DNA of 64,000 bases from Camelus dromedarius (taxonomy: Eukaryota), in the NCBI RefSeq assembly GCF_036321535.1, contig NC_087438.1, positions 498,001 through 562,000 on the forward strand. The letters run 5' to 3'. Under the pieces are notes generated by a model. The model was not told where the DNA came from. It worked only from the letters and a program-made list of their open reading frames with translations, and did no database searches. This document shows positions 22,001-32,345 of this stretch, one piece after another. The translations under genes were made by a program, and so were the position numbers. Each line of letters starts with the position of its first letter. Positions within the stretch are counted from its first letter, which is position 1.

Positions 22001-25000
22001 TTAGTACCAACACAACCCGTCCCTCTGCTTGTCCTTGGTGGGGCCAGATTTTGTGTCTCTGCAGCCCAGTCCTGCAGGTCCAGGGCCTGTGGTCAGGTGC
22101 CCATAGCTGATCTGCTCTAGGGGTGGCTCCCACCAACCTGACTCCCGGGGAGGTGATGGACAAGCGAGAACCCCCATCTGTTCTGTGCCGCGCTCCAGCA
22201 CACCCTCTGCCAGCTCTGAGTGAGCCGGCCGGACAGTAGTGGCTCTCTCGTGGAGTCTGGGCGCTAGAGACTGGAGAGCAGCAGGCGGACGGCATAAGTA
22301 GTTGCTATTCACAGCGTGTTGGGGTGATGGGAGCTGCATGATGGGCTGTCGTGTGGCCATGCCCAGGCGGGGTGTGGGTGCAGGGGGTTCAGGAGACGAG
22401 GCAGTCAGGGATGCTGACAGAGGTGAGGGCTTCACTGTGGGTGAAGGAGGTGGGGAGCTGTCGAGCAGGGGTCTGGGGTCTGGGAGAGCTTTCCAGGAGG
22501 CAGGGCATCAACCAGAGCAAGGCCCGGAGGGTCTGCTGTGCTGCAGCCAGGAAGACCTGGCAGGACCAGGGGTCAGGCAGGAACTCAGGGTGTGGGAGTG
22601 TGGCCGGCTGAGGGGCGCTGGCTGAACGCCTGGGACCCGGGCGGCCCTCTGTCCTGACACCCTCTGTCAGGTCAGGTGTGGTGGCATCCGGGGCAGGGGT
22701 GACTGGCCCTCACTCTCTGCCTGCAGGCACTCCAACGTGGTGATCCTGACCACCTCCAACATCACGGAGAGGATCGACGTGGCCTTCGTGGACAGGGCAG
22801 ACATCAGGCAGTACATTGGGCCGCCCTCTGCAGCAGCCATCTTCAAAATCTACCTCTCCTGCGTGGAAGAGCTGATGAAGGTGCCTTGATTTCTTTTTTC
22901 CTCTCTCCTAATCGATTAGATTCCCCAAATTTTCTTAATTCACCAACGTAGTTTAAAATACTTGGCTCTAATACGGAATGAAGTGCTCCAGTGTGGCATC
23001 AGCTGTCTTGATAGGCTGGACATTGCTGCTGTTGTACCTCACAGGTTGAGCTGATAGCTGAAATCGTGGCCGCTGACTCAGTTTTGCTCTTTTGAGACAA
23101 AATGATCCTCATGATTGTTTGAGCTGCCAGTCTGTGGATGACGAGTGGGGGGTGCGGGCACTCCTGGTCCTCACGGCCTTTGCAAGTAGCCTGCTCTCTG
23201 GCCTCCATTTCCTCCCCTGAAAGGAGGAGAAGGATGGTGGTCCTGGTCCACGGGGTTGTCCTGACTGGTGGTGACAGCTCACAGGGCGGTCACGGGACTA
23301 GGAGGTCACAGCTCACAGGGAGGTCACTGGACTGGGGGTCACAGCTCACAGGGCGGTCACTGGACTTGGGGGGGGTCACAGCTCACAGGACAGTCACTGG
23401 ACTGGGGGGGTCACAGCTCACAGGACGGTCACTGGACTGGGGGTCACAGCTCACAGGACGGTCACTGGACTGGGGGTCACAGCTCACAGGGCGGTCACTG
23501 GACTTGGGGGGGGTCACAGCTCACAGGACAGTCACTGGACTGGGGGGGTCACAGCTCACAGGACGGTCACTGGACTGGGGGTCACAGCTCACAGGACGGT
23601 CACTGGACTGGGGGTCACAGCTCACAGGGTGGTCACTGGACTGGGGGGGGTCACAGCTCACAGGACAGTCACCGGCCTGGGGGGGGTCACAGCTCACAGG
23701 GCAGTTGTCGGCTTCAGTGTTGGTGTCTCTGTGGCCCCATGTTCTGGCAGCGTCAAGGGCACAGTGGCAGTGACTCAGTCACTTCACAGTCTGTGGGCTC
23801 CCACATCCTTGCAAGGATGACAGCCTCTGTTGGGGGAAGGAGCTAGTCTCAGCCCAGGGTGCACTGCCCTGGCGTGCACGCCGCGTCCTGCTTTCCTGTG
23901 CCATGGAGAGAAGGGTGGGGCTGGCGGAGCTCTGACGTGATCGGCGGAGATGTTGTAGCGCCGCGCCCGCTGGGGGCGCCAGGCCTCCCCTCCACGCCGC
24001 GCACTGTGCTGCGCCTAGAGGGTGTGCTGAGCGGGAGCCATGCATGCAGGCTTCACCTGGCAGCTGAGCGCGTGGGGTGGGGTCGTTTCTCAGTCTGACG
24101 GTTTATAGGGAATTAGACAGCAGGATGTCTTGGTGGAGGCTGGCCGGTCCTGAAGACTGTCGGCCTGTGACTGTGGCCCATGTTCTGCCGGGGCCTGCCG
24201 GATGGCTTGTGTCACGAGAGGGGCCGTGAGGGCTGTCCGGGGAGGCTGCAGAGGCCTGAGGAGTGTCACTGAGTCAGATGGGAGGTCAGAAGTCCCCTGG
24301 CACAAACCCTGTTGCTTAGTTTTCCTTGCAACCATCACCAAACCTAAACAGGTACAGAGAAGGCTGCTCCTTCCTCCTCCTCTCCTGGCTCCTGAGCCCA
24401 CAGCTGTGCTGGATGCATCAGTAGTGGGCAGCATGGGCACCCGGGAGGGCGTCCAGCGTGCAGACACGTGGTCTGTGAGGTGAACTCGAAGACCCGGGTC
24501 CGTGTCAGCTGGAGGCTTTCGGTCCCCCAAGTAAGAATCTGAACTGGACAGCAGTGAACAGAGACCCTCCTTGAGAGGCTGGCCAGGTCCCGGCTCCAGG
24601 GCCCTCTGCCCGTCCTGAGTTGTGACACGTCACTGGAGCTGGTTACCAGCCCGTGCTCAGTGCTGATCTCCTCCTTGCCTGGCTTGTGGTTTGGGCCGCG
24701 CGGAAGAGGCTGAGATGCTGTGTTTCTGAGATGCGTTTTGCTCTCCGCATTCTTATCTCTGTTGGAAGCAGCCGCTGGGGTGGAGGTGAGAGCCTGCAGG
24801 TCCAGCAGCCCTGTTTGCTTTTCTGAGGCGTGACGAGACGTGTACTTGCCTGCTGAGTGCTGTCCCTGTGGCTGACACGCCCCTGTCCCCACAGTGTCAG
24901 ATCATATACCCCCGCCAGCAGCTGCTGACCCTCCGTGAGCTGGAGATGATCGGGTTCATCGAGAACAACGTGTCCAAGCTGAGCCTCCTCCTGAGCGAGA

Positions 25001-26668
25001 TCTCGAGGTGTGTGCGGGGCGCCCTCAGTCACTGGGAGGAGCCGTTTGCCTTGGCATCGGGGAGCTGTGACTGCCCATGGCAGCGGGGGTGGTTAGGGGT
25101 CACATGACAGGGCTTGGATCCCAGGGCGTCACACACGCATCGAAAGCGCCTGACCTCCAACCCTGCACTCCTGGACCGGAGGGCAGAGGTCAGCACCCTC
25201 CCAGAGGTACTGGTGGACAATGAAAAAGTGCCAGCTTGTGTCTGAGAAGATGGGCGTTCAGAGTAAGGCCCTCATGCTGCATTAGGCAGTGTTTGTTAAA
25301 TTTTTACAAATTGGCAAGAAAGGAAAATGGAATCTTGTAGGGGCGGGTGTAGCTCAGCGGTAGAGGTGCACGCTCAGCGCGCGCGAGGTCCTGGCTTCCA
25401 TCTCCGGTACCTCCATTAAGTAAATAAATGAACAAACAAACAACAAACAAATAAAAACAAAGTAAATAAGACTAATTACCCCTGCCCCAAAAAAAGTGTG
25501 AAGAAAAAAACCAAGTTAAAAAAAAAGCTCATTAGAAACGGAAGCTGTTGCTTTGATAAGCAGAGTAAACAGTTAAACAGTTAGGGCAGGAGCTTGGTGC
25601 TTTGGGGAAGAGGAAAGTGTTTGGTCCTGCTGCCTGGACACAGAGAGACATGTGAGCACCAGGAACCCCAGGTGCATGAGCTCGAGGCCCAGGCTGGTGG
25701 CACTTTCAGGCTCTCAGGTGTCCTTGTGATCCACAGGTGGGGAAGGGAAGGCCTGAAATGGAGCAGAGCCTCGAAAGACAGTTAGAATTTGGATAAACTG
25801 GAGAGAATTCAGGAAGACCGCGGGCGTTGTGTGTGCGGGTGACCTCAGGTGGTGATGCTGGCGGGAGGGGGGGCCTCAGAGGTACTGTCTGTTGAAGAGA
25901 TTTAAAGTTATTGTGGTGGGACAGAGGACAGCGGTTCAGAGACTTGTGCAAAAATTCTTCGAGACGTTGAACCAGCCTGGTTTCTTGGGGAACCCAAGTG
26001 CCAGCTGGGTACCCACCTCATCCTGTGCCGTGCACGGTGTCAGGGCAGCGAGGAGCCTGTCCCTCCTGGAGCAGTGGCTGAGGCCTGCGGGATACCAGCC
26101 CCCCTGTGAGGGGCTGTCAGGGAGGGACATCAGGGACTAGTCACGACACGTGTGGCTGTCCGTGTGGTGTTGACATCCCCAAGCTGGTTACGTTCACAGG
26201 AAGAGCGAAGGCCTCAGCGGTCGGGTCCTGAGAAAACTCCCTTTCCTGGCGCACGCGCTGTACATTCAGGTGAGCCCCCGGCCGCCCTCTGCTCTGGGCC
26301 CTGCTTCACCACCGCCTCTTCTGTCCGGCGGGATGTGGCCTCACTGAGGCCCCCTTGCCACCGTTGGGGCTTTGCCTCATTTCATTGTTTCTAACGTGAT
26401 GGGCTCCTCAGGCCGCGGGAGGCAGGGCCGGGTGCCTGCCCACGTCCTTTGGCACATCGAGGGCTCACGTCCAGGCCTCCCTGCCTCCTCAGGTGCTCGC
26501 GCTGGGTGGGTGGGTGCTGCCCGGCGGCCCCGCCGAGCGCCAGGACCTCCGCGATGCCACCTGTCTTTCCAGGCCCCCACCGTCACCATCGAGGGCTTCC
26601 TCCAGGCCCTGTCTCTGGCAGTGGACAAGCAGTTTGAGGAGAGAAAGAAGCTCTCCTCCTGCATGTGA
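9926..26668 (+). CDS. TRIP13: Thyroid hormone receptor interactor 13 / pachytene checkpoint protein 2 homolog, AAA+ ATPase, complete 432 aa
   Basis: 13 GT-AG exons sum to 1299 nt; Walker A GPPGTGKT, pore loop SKWFSE, Walker [17 protein letters not shown]; stop TGA at 26666-26668. Confidence 0.98.
10790..10955 (+). CDS. TRIP13: TRIP13 exon 2 (166 nt)
   Basis: ttcctag| [55 protein letters not shown] |gtaact. Confidence 0.96.
11707..11823 (+). mobile_element. Short composite L1 fragment (ORF2 piece joined to the 3' tail)
   Basis: taaacctaaccaggaatgtgagagaactgtacactgagaactataaaacattg followed by ttgtaaatcaattatagttcaattaaaaaaaa. Confidence 0.65.
12218..14990 (-). mobile_element. Degenerate LINE-1 ORF2 (endonuclease + reverse transcriptase) in TRIP13 intron 2
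   Basis: Minus frames [14 protein letters not shown] (endonuclease N-terminus), [54 protein letters not shown]; frameshifted. Confidence 0.95.
15088..15217 (+). CDS. TRIP13: TRIP13 exon 3 (130 nt)
   Basis: atcacag| [43 protein letters not shown] |gtacct. Confidence 0.96.
15914..15969 (+). CDS. TRIP13: TRIP13 exon 4 (56 nt)
   Basis: tctcag| [19 protein letters not shown] |gtgagt. Confidence 0.95.
16656..16746 (+). CDS. TRIP13: TRIP13 exon 5 (91 nt)
   Basis: actcag| [30 protein letters not shown] |gtaaag. Confidence 0.95.
17830..17902 (+). CDS. TRIP13: TRIP13 exon 6 (73 nt), Walker A
   Basis: cttacag| [24 protein letters not shown] |gtaact. Confidence 0.96.
18040..19380 (-). mobile_element. 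Old L1 relic(s) in TRIP13 intron 6
   Basis: T-rich segments resembling antisense old L1 (e.g. ttctgttcagtgtaattttcatctctgac, ctggaggttccatttggttcctttt); boundaries approximate. Confidence 0.5.
20502..20565 (+). CDS. TRIP13: TRIP13 exon 7 (64 nt), pore loop
   Basis: tcttag| [21 protein letters not shown] |gtaagt. Confidence 0.96.
21337..21423 (+). CDS. TRIP13: TRIP13 exon 8 (87 nt), Walker B
   Basis: ttccag| [29 protein letters not shown] |gtaggt. Confidence 0.96.
21641..21747 (+). CDS. TRIP13: TRIP13 exon 9 (107 nt)
   Basis: ccacag| [35 protein letters not shown] |gtagcg. Confidence 0.96.
22727..22880 (+). CDS. TRIP13: TRIP13 exon 10 (154 nt)
   Basis: ctgcag| [51 protein letters not shown] |gtgcct. 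Confidence 0.96.
23271..23705. repeat. Minisatellite/VNTR, 13 copies of a 33-37 bp unit, TRIP13 intron 10
   Basis: Unit GTCACAGCTCACAGGRCRGTCACTGGACT plus a G-run, read directly. Confidence 0.97.
24895..25007 (+). CDS. TRIP13: TRIP13 exon 11 (113 nt)
   Basis: ccacag| [37 protein letters not shown] |gtgtgt. Confidence 0.96.
25340..25526 (+). mobile_element. tRNA-derived SINE (camelid type)
   Basis: A-box-like tagctcagcggtaga, degenerate B-box, acctccattaagtaaataaat, taattacccc, A-tail. Confidence 0.85.
26200..26269 (+). CDS. TRIP13: TRIP13 exon 12 (70 nt)
   Basis: tcacag| [23 protein letters not shown] |gtgagc. Confidence 0.96.
26573..26668 (+). CDS. TRIP13: TRIP13 last coding exon (96 nt including stop)
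   Basis: ttccag| [31 protein letters not shown]. Confidence 0.96.
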   Translation, partial: APTVTIEGFLQALSLAVDKQFEERKKLSSCM

Positions 26669-27348
26669 CCCGAGTTCCCGCCCACGTTCTCGGTGAGCTC
26701 ACAGCTAGGAAGCAGCATGGCTTCCCTCCGGCCCGGCCGCCCTGGGGGCCTCCGAGCCCACGGCTGGGGCCCGCAGGCTGGACACCCGCAGGCCGGGGCG
26801 CTCGCGGAGCGTGCTGTATTCTCATAGTTCTAAGTGCACGTCAGCAGACGAGCAGCCTGTCGTTCTGCTGTTTCGAGAGAGGATCACCGAGCTCTCTGTG
26901 GAGGACTGTCCCGGATCCTGCCTCCGTGATTGGACCCAGAGTGCTGACAGGTTTTGCTTAGGAAAGATGGCTGATGTCAGGTTTACGCGAGCAGAGGGGA
27001 GACTGTGTCGTCCCAGATAAGAGCGTGATCACGGTGTTGAAGCCGTGCACGTCCCGCCAGACAGGGCGTTGGCCCTTCCTCCTGTGAGCGTGTGTGTTCA
27101 GTGCAGACGTTTTGGGGGCTGTCTGATGAATAAGAAAAGCCCGTTCCTGTGTTACAGAAATCGAGGAACAAATTCTAGGTCAAGTGTTCTCCGCAGGAAG
27201 CAGACGCGGTGCTGTTTGTGGGAGAGCTGCGGCTGGCCTGGGGCGGCCTCCCTGGCAGCCAGCGCGGGAGCATCACGGGGACACCCCGACTTGTTTGTTC
27301 AGTGACGGCGGTCTCGGCTCAAATGAAGATGCACCTCGACGGGTGTAG

Positions 27349-27470
27349 AATAAACTGGTCGATAACTGGTGTGCTCTGCAGAATGTTGTTTTGCTTTTAT
27401 CTCATGGCAAAATAAATTCCGTATTAGTGTTGTGTACACATTTTTCAAAGAACGTGTTAGTGTTTGTTAT
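27349..27470 (+). terminator. TRIP13 polyadenylation region
   Basis: AATAAA at 27349-27354 and 27411-27416 followed by GT/T-rich sequence, ~700 nt after the stop codon. Confidence 0.75.
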
Positions 27471-30400
27471 AGAACTTTTTAAGTATTAAAATTTTTTCCC
27501 CAGAGTTTTCAGTTTGATTCTCTTATCTCTCCCAAGTGCTTTGAGCTTTATTTAAAAATTGCTCACACAGTTACTGACTTTAGCATTTTAAGCCTTGAGG
27601 TGTAGTGCATCCGGAAGTGACTGTGCAGCCCTGGGGGGCCAGGGTTGGGTACAGGCAGGGAGGACCCGAGGTCCCAAGCCTGGGCCGACAGCCGGCCTTG
27701 GCTCCAGTCGGATCCAGGACTGGAGCGACTCCTGCCTTGGAGTCCAGAGCCTGGCTCTGTGGCTTCCTCAGGACCTGGACTGAATTAAGCTGAAAGCGGG
27801 GTCTGTGGGCACCGGGGTCAAGGAGAGGGGCGGTGCTCCAGGGTTGGGGCTGGACGGGGCGAGGATCCTGAGCAACTTGGTTTCGCAGGGTTGCTGCTAC
27901 AGTGCCCAGTGTCCAGGCATCCGGCTGGAAGGAGGAGCCTGGGGAGAGAGGGAGCAGGGGGCCCGGAGCCCAGCCAGTACAGATGAGCAAGGGGCAGGTG
28001 TGGCAGGGTCTGCGGGCAGGGACAGATCTGAGCCAGGGTCCACCAGACCATCTCCCAGAGCCTGGCCGTTGCCGTGGGCACCAGAGGGCAGCACTGCTCT
28101 GCGGGACGGATGGGAGGGTCTGGGGCTCAGCCAAGACCCCGGGGCAGGAAGAGTCATCAGCAAAGGCGGCCAGCCTTGCCCCGTGTCCCTGTTCAGGCCC
28201 TGTGGTCCCCTCTGCGCCCCACGGGCCACGTGTGTCTGCCCACAGGACATCGTGCACATGTGTGTTTGTGGGGAGGGGGACACGGATATTCTCAGCCCAT
28301 CGTGCCTCCAGGCCTCAGCTCTCTGCACCCACCGCCTTCCAGGGGAGGGCCCTGCTGGAGAGGGGCGGCCTGGGCACCATAAGGGGTCATACCTGGGACC
28401 CCAAGCAGAGGATGCAGGCCCGGTCTTCTCGCCCAGGCACAGGCCATCCTGGCACTTTCTGGGCTGTGGCCCAGCTCCCAAGACGTAGGTTGTTGGGCCC
28501 CACAGGATGCTCCCACTGACCCAGGCCCAGGATGGAGAAGGGCTGCTCTGCCCACAAGGGGCAGGTTCCTGTTGTGCGCAGCCCACTCCTCGTTGGAGAG
28601 GTGGCCAGAGCATGTCCCCAGGAAGCCCGAGGGGCCGTGAGACTCACGATGGTCTTCTGGTCCATCAGCTCTTCTGAGTCCCCCAAATCAGCTGGTGTGA
28701 GCTGGGAGTCCTGAAGCCCCCGTGGACCACCGCAGCCACAAGGCCCTGCCTGGTACAGAGGGCAGGACCGGGGCTGGTGGGGCCACGGCTCAGCCACCCC
28801 TGAGGGAGTCCACGGTCATCCCAGGGTCATCGGGTGCCACAGGGCCAGGCTGGGTGTGGGTTTTGAAAAATCATCTTGGGGGCAGTTCTGGGGTTTTCCC
28901 CTGGCCCTCCCCACTAGGAGGGCTCCCACCTTGCGCAGGTGCCTGGCAACCGCCAGGTGTGTTCACCCCCTTGACGCCTGGGCTGGGGACACCGCCTCCC
29001 CCTGGCCACCCACGTCCATCTGCACCAGCTCCATGCAGCCGTGCTGGGGTCTCTGGGCCTCTTCACCCCCGGGTCTTTGTGGGGATGGGGTCCTGTGTCC
29101 CGAGAACGTGCCTTAAGTTTCTGAATGCTCACAGCCCCTTGGTGACGCCCCAGAGTCTGGCAGGGGCTGCTCCCTCCTGCAGTTCAGCTGGGGTGTGACC
29201 TCTTCCCTCCTCGGGGGGGACTGTCAGGTCCCCAGCTGGGCTGTGCTGCTTAATCCCTGTTTGGGGGAGGGGGGGTACTTCCGCAGGCTCAGAGGTTCAG
29301 ACAGGTCAGGGGGGTTATGTCGGGGCCCTGCTCAGACGTCCTGTTCCTGGGTCACGGTCCAGGGTGCCCCAGGGCCCTGACCTGCCTCTTGGCCGACACT
29401 GTGCTGTCTCGAGCTGAGCTGCTCCACCCAGGAATTCTCTGTGTGTCTTCTCTCTGCCGCCCGAGAGGCGCTCCTCTGAGTGTCCAGAGGCTCTCTGGCC
29501 CTCACGCTCCTTGGAGGTCAGTTGTTAACCGCTCACAGCTTGTCCTTCTCTGCATGCGGGGCATCCGGGCGACTTAGTATCAGCTTCCGCTCCGCGTCCG
29601 TTGCCTCTCCGTTGACTTTCCCGAGCCTTTCACCCATCTCTGGCCAGCACACCCCCACTGCACGGGCCGGCCTCCTCCTGGCCTCGCTGCCTGCCCCTCC
29701 CCCCGCCAGGGACGGTGTCCGCCCCCCGCCGTGCAGAGAGTGCTCCAAGCGGGGTAAGCGGGCCTGGGCAGCGGGAGCCATCAGACCACCGCGCGGGCCC
29801 CACGGGTTGGACTGTCCACCCGAGGATGGCGTGTTAGCGGAGCCCGTGCTCGGGGAGGGAGGCCCTGGAAGCACTCGGCGCTGTCATGAGCACACGCGTT
29901 GTAAACACTGCAGGGAACACGGGGCTCCCGGGTAAAAGATGAAGGTCTTCGTCGTGCACAGCACGGCCTTTGTTCCTTGTGTCCCCACATCCCGTGGGGC
30001 CACGGGCAGGGTCCAGGTGGATGCTGGTGGCCGTCAGGGCTGCAGACTGGGCTGGGGAGACCTAGTCTCCTGCCAGTGGGAGGCAAACCTACCCTCTGCT
30101 CCATGGGAGGACCGTGGACGTCCCTGACCCGACAGTCAACATGCACAGAGGAGTGTGGTCCCGCCTGGGGCCACTGGGAGGAAGGTTCCTCTTTGGGCCG
30201 GGGTTGGACCTGAGGGGCTAACGGTGGGAGGTGACCACGGCCCTGGCAGTCTGGCGGGGTCTGGTGAGCACAGAAAGCCTGCCCCAGGTTCGACCAGGAG
30301 GTGTGAGCCCAGAGAGGCCGGCTGTCTGGGGGAGGTTGGCACTAACTCCTGGAGGGCCCTGGTGGGACACGCAGCACCCTGAGGGACAAGGTGGCGTTAG

Positions 30401-30719
30401 AGCAGGTGGAGACGCGTGGCAGGACCCCTGCAGTGTGTGTCGGGTCTGGGGAGTGGGAAGGGCAGGGAGGGGCACTGAAGATGGTTGGGAAACTTCCGCC
30501 GGAGGACACGAGGACACGGCTGGTGGCACATCTGCATTGGTGGCAGCAAAGAGCCTGGCGGAGGTTGGATGGAGACGTGTGGCTGGGTTTGCGGTGAGCG
30601 CGGCCTCGGCCCCAGGGAGACGCAGCCTCCGACTGCAGGAGAGGGCGGCGCAGCCAGGAGTGCAGGCGGGGCCGCGGGGCGTGAGGCTGGCTACCTTCTC
30701 TTGGGGTCGCTGAGTCATT

Positions 30720-32345
30720 TATGCCTGAGACCTTCAGTCCCTGTGACCCAAGCCATCACTGGTGACTGGAACCGTCTCTCGCTGTCACCTGAGCTGCTGC
30801 GCTATGACAGGAGCCTTCTTTCCACGTCACCTGAGTTGTTGTTTGTGACTCGAAGCCTTTCTTTCTCTGTCATGTGAGTGACTGTGACTGGAAGCTGCGT
30901 CTCTGTGACTTCACTTACCATTTATGACTGGAAACCGTCTCTGTCCTATAAGTTGGTCTGTATAGTTGGAATGTTCTTTTCTTATCACCTGAGTTATAAT
31001 TTTTGACCAGAAACCTTGCACTTCCTCCCATCTGAGTTGTCACTTACGATGGGAACCCCCGTTTATCCTGCGTCACTGGTTGTAACTGGAAGCGCCCGCC
31101 GGCACCTGGTCTCCCTTCACGGCGCGAGGCGTTCTCCTTCGCCTGAATAGTCAGCTGTAAATGGAAAGCTCTTTCCTGCGTCACACTGGTTACATGTGAC
31201 GAGAGATCTTCTTCCTGCCGCCTGAACTACCATTTACGACAGCGACGTCTCCCCTCTCACCTGAGCTGCGTTTGTGGCTGGAATCCGTTCTTTGCTCTCG
31301 TCCGACCGCTCCTTTATGACTGGGCGCCTTCTCTGTGCCACCTGTTGTCGCTCGTGCCTGAAATCCCCATCCTCTCCCGAGTGTGTCATCACTCGCGGCT
31401 GGAATTTTTCCTCCTGTCTCTTCACTTGCCGCTTGTAGGACAAAGCCTCCTTCTCTGCCTCCTGACTCGCCATTTGTGACAGGAAACCCTTATTCTCCAG
31501 CATCTGCTTGTTGATTCATGGAAACCTTCCTTCCCTCTCACTGAAGTATCACTTACATCCAGAAAACGGCTTCAGTCGCCTAGCTTCTTCTGCGACCGGA
31601 ACCTTCTCTCCTGTCGCCCGGGCCGTCCTTCATGACTGTCTCCACCATGTGAGCAGCCGTCTGTCTCCACGACCCGCTTGCCCGCGCTCTGACTCGCACC
31701 AGGAGGCCTTCCTCTCCCACCTCCTGACTGTCCACTCAGGGCTGAAGCGCTCGTTCTCTGCGCCTGTGCCTTGTCATTAGCGACCGGACACCCTCCTTCT
31801 CCAGCGCTCGGGTTGTCGGTGTGACAGGAAAATTACTGACCACCTGAGTCGACACTTTCGGTGGGACTTGCTCTCTGTCGTCCGAGCCGTCGTGACTGGC
31901 AAAGTTCTTCCCGTCAGCTCCGTTGCCCTCGTCTGGGAACCTTCCCGTGCACACCCGAGCACCTTTGTGACAGGACATCTCACGTGTGATTTGTGACCAG
32001 AGCCCCTGGGTCACCGTTTGTGCTTGGAACCCTTCTCTCCGTCTCTGAAATGCTATTTACGGCAGCAGATTTCCCCGGCGCGTGTCTGGACGATCCTTGC
32101 TGACGGGCTGTCATTTCTTTCTCTAGCACCTGAGTTGTAGTTTGTGGTTTCAAGCCTCCCTTCCCCGTCTCTGACTGCACACCTTTGCCGTCTGTCCCCT
32201 GAGTGCTCACTGGCTGGGACGCCCGCATCCCGACCCCCGAGCTGTTGTCCGCGACAGGACCCTCCGTCCTAGCCCCGGTCGCAGTCTGTGACTGGAGACC
32301 CCTTCTCTCACCGCCTCGCCGCTTCTGACTGAAAGCACGTCGGCG
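30720..32345. repeat. Highly diverged tandem array, ~40-bp unit, roughly 40 copies
   Basis: TGACTGGAA-like anchors at 30763, 30805, 30846, 30885, 30925, 30963, 31004, 31047, 31083 and onward; approximate consensus TGTGACTGGAACC-(pyrimidine-rich)-TGTCACCTGAGTTGT. Confidence 0.88.

Noticed and set aside
23138..23846. ORFs with repeated GGHSSQ / [10 protein letters not shown] peptides
   Set aside because: Translations of the intronic VNTR; unit lengths vary by non-multiples of three.
25340..25415. tRNA gene-like sequence (also at 49112 and 53300)
   Set aside because: SINE heads followed by the family tail and A-run; no intact cloverleaf.
30720..32345. CRISPR-like or coding interpretation of the 40-bp array
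   Set aside because: Mammalian context, no cas genes, linkers are related and pyrimidine-rich rather than unique spacers, and no sustained reading frame.
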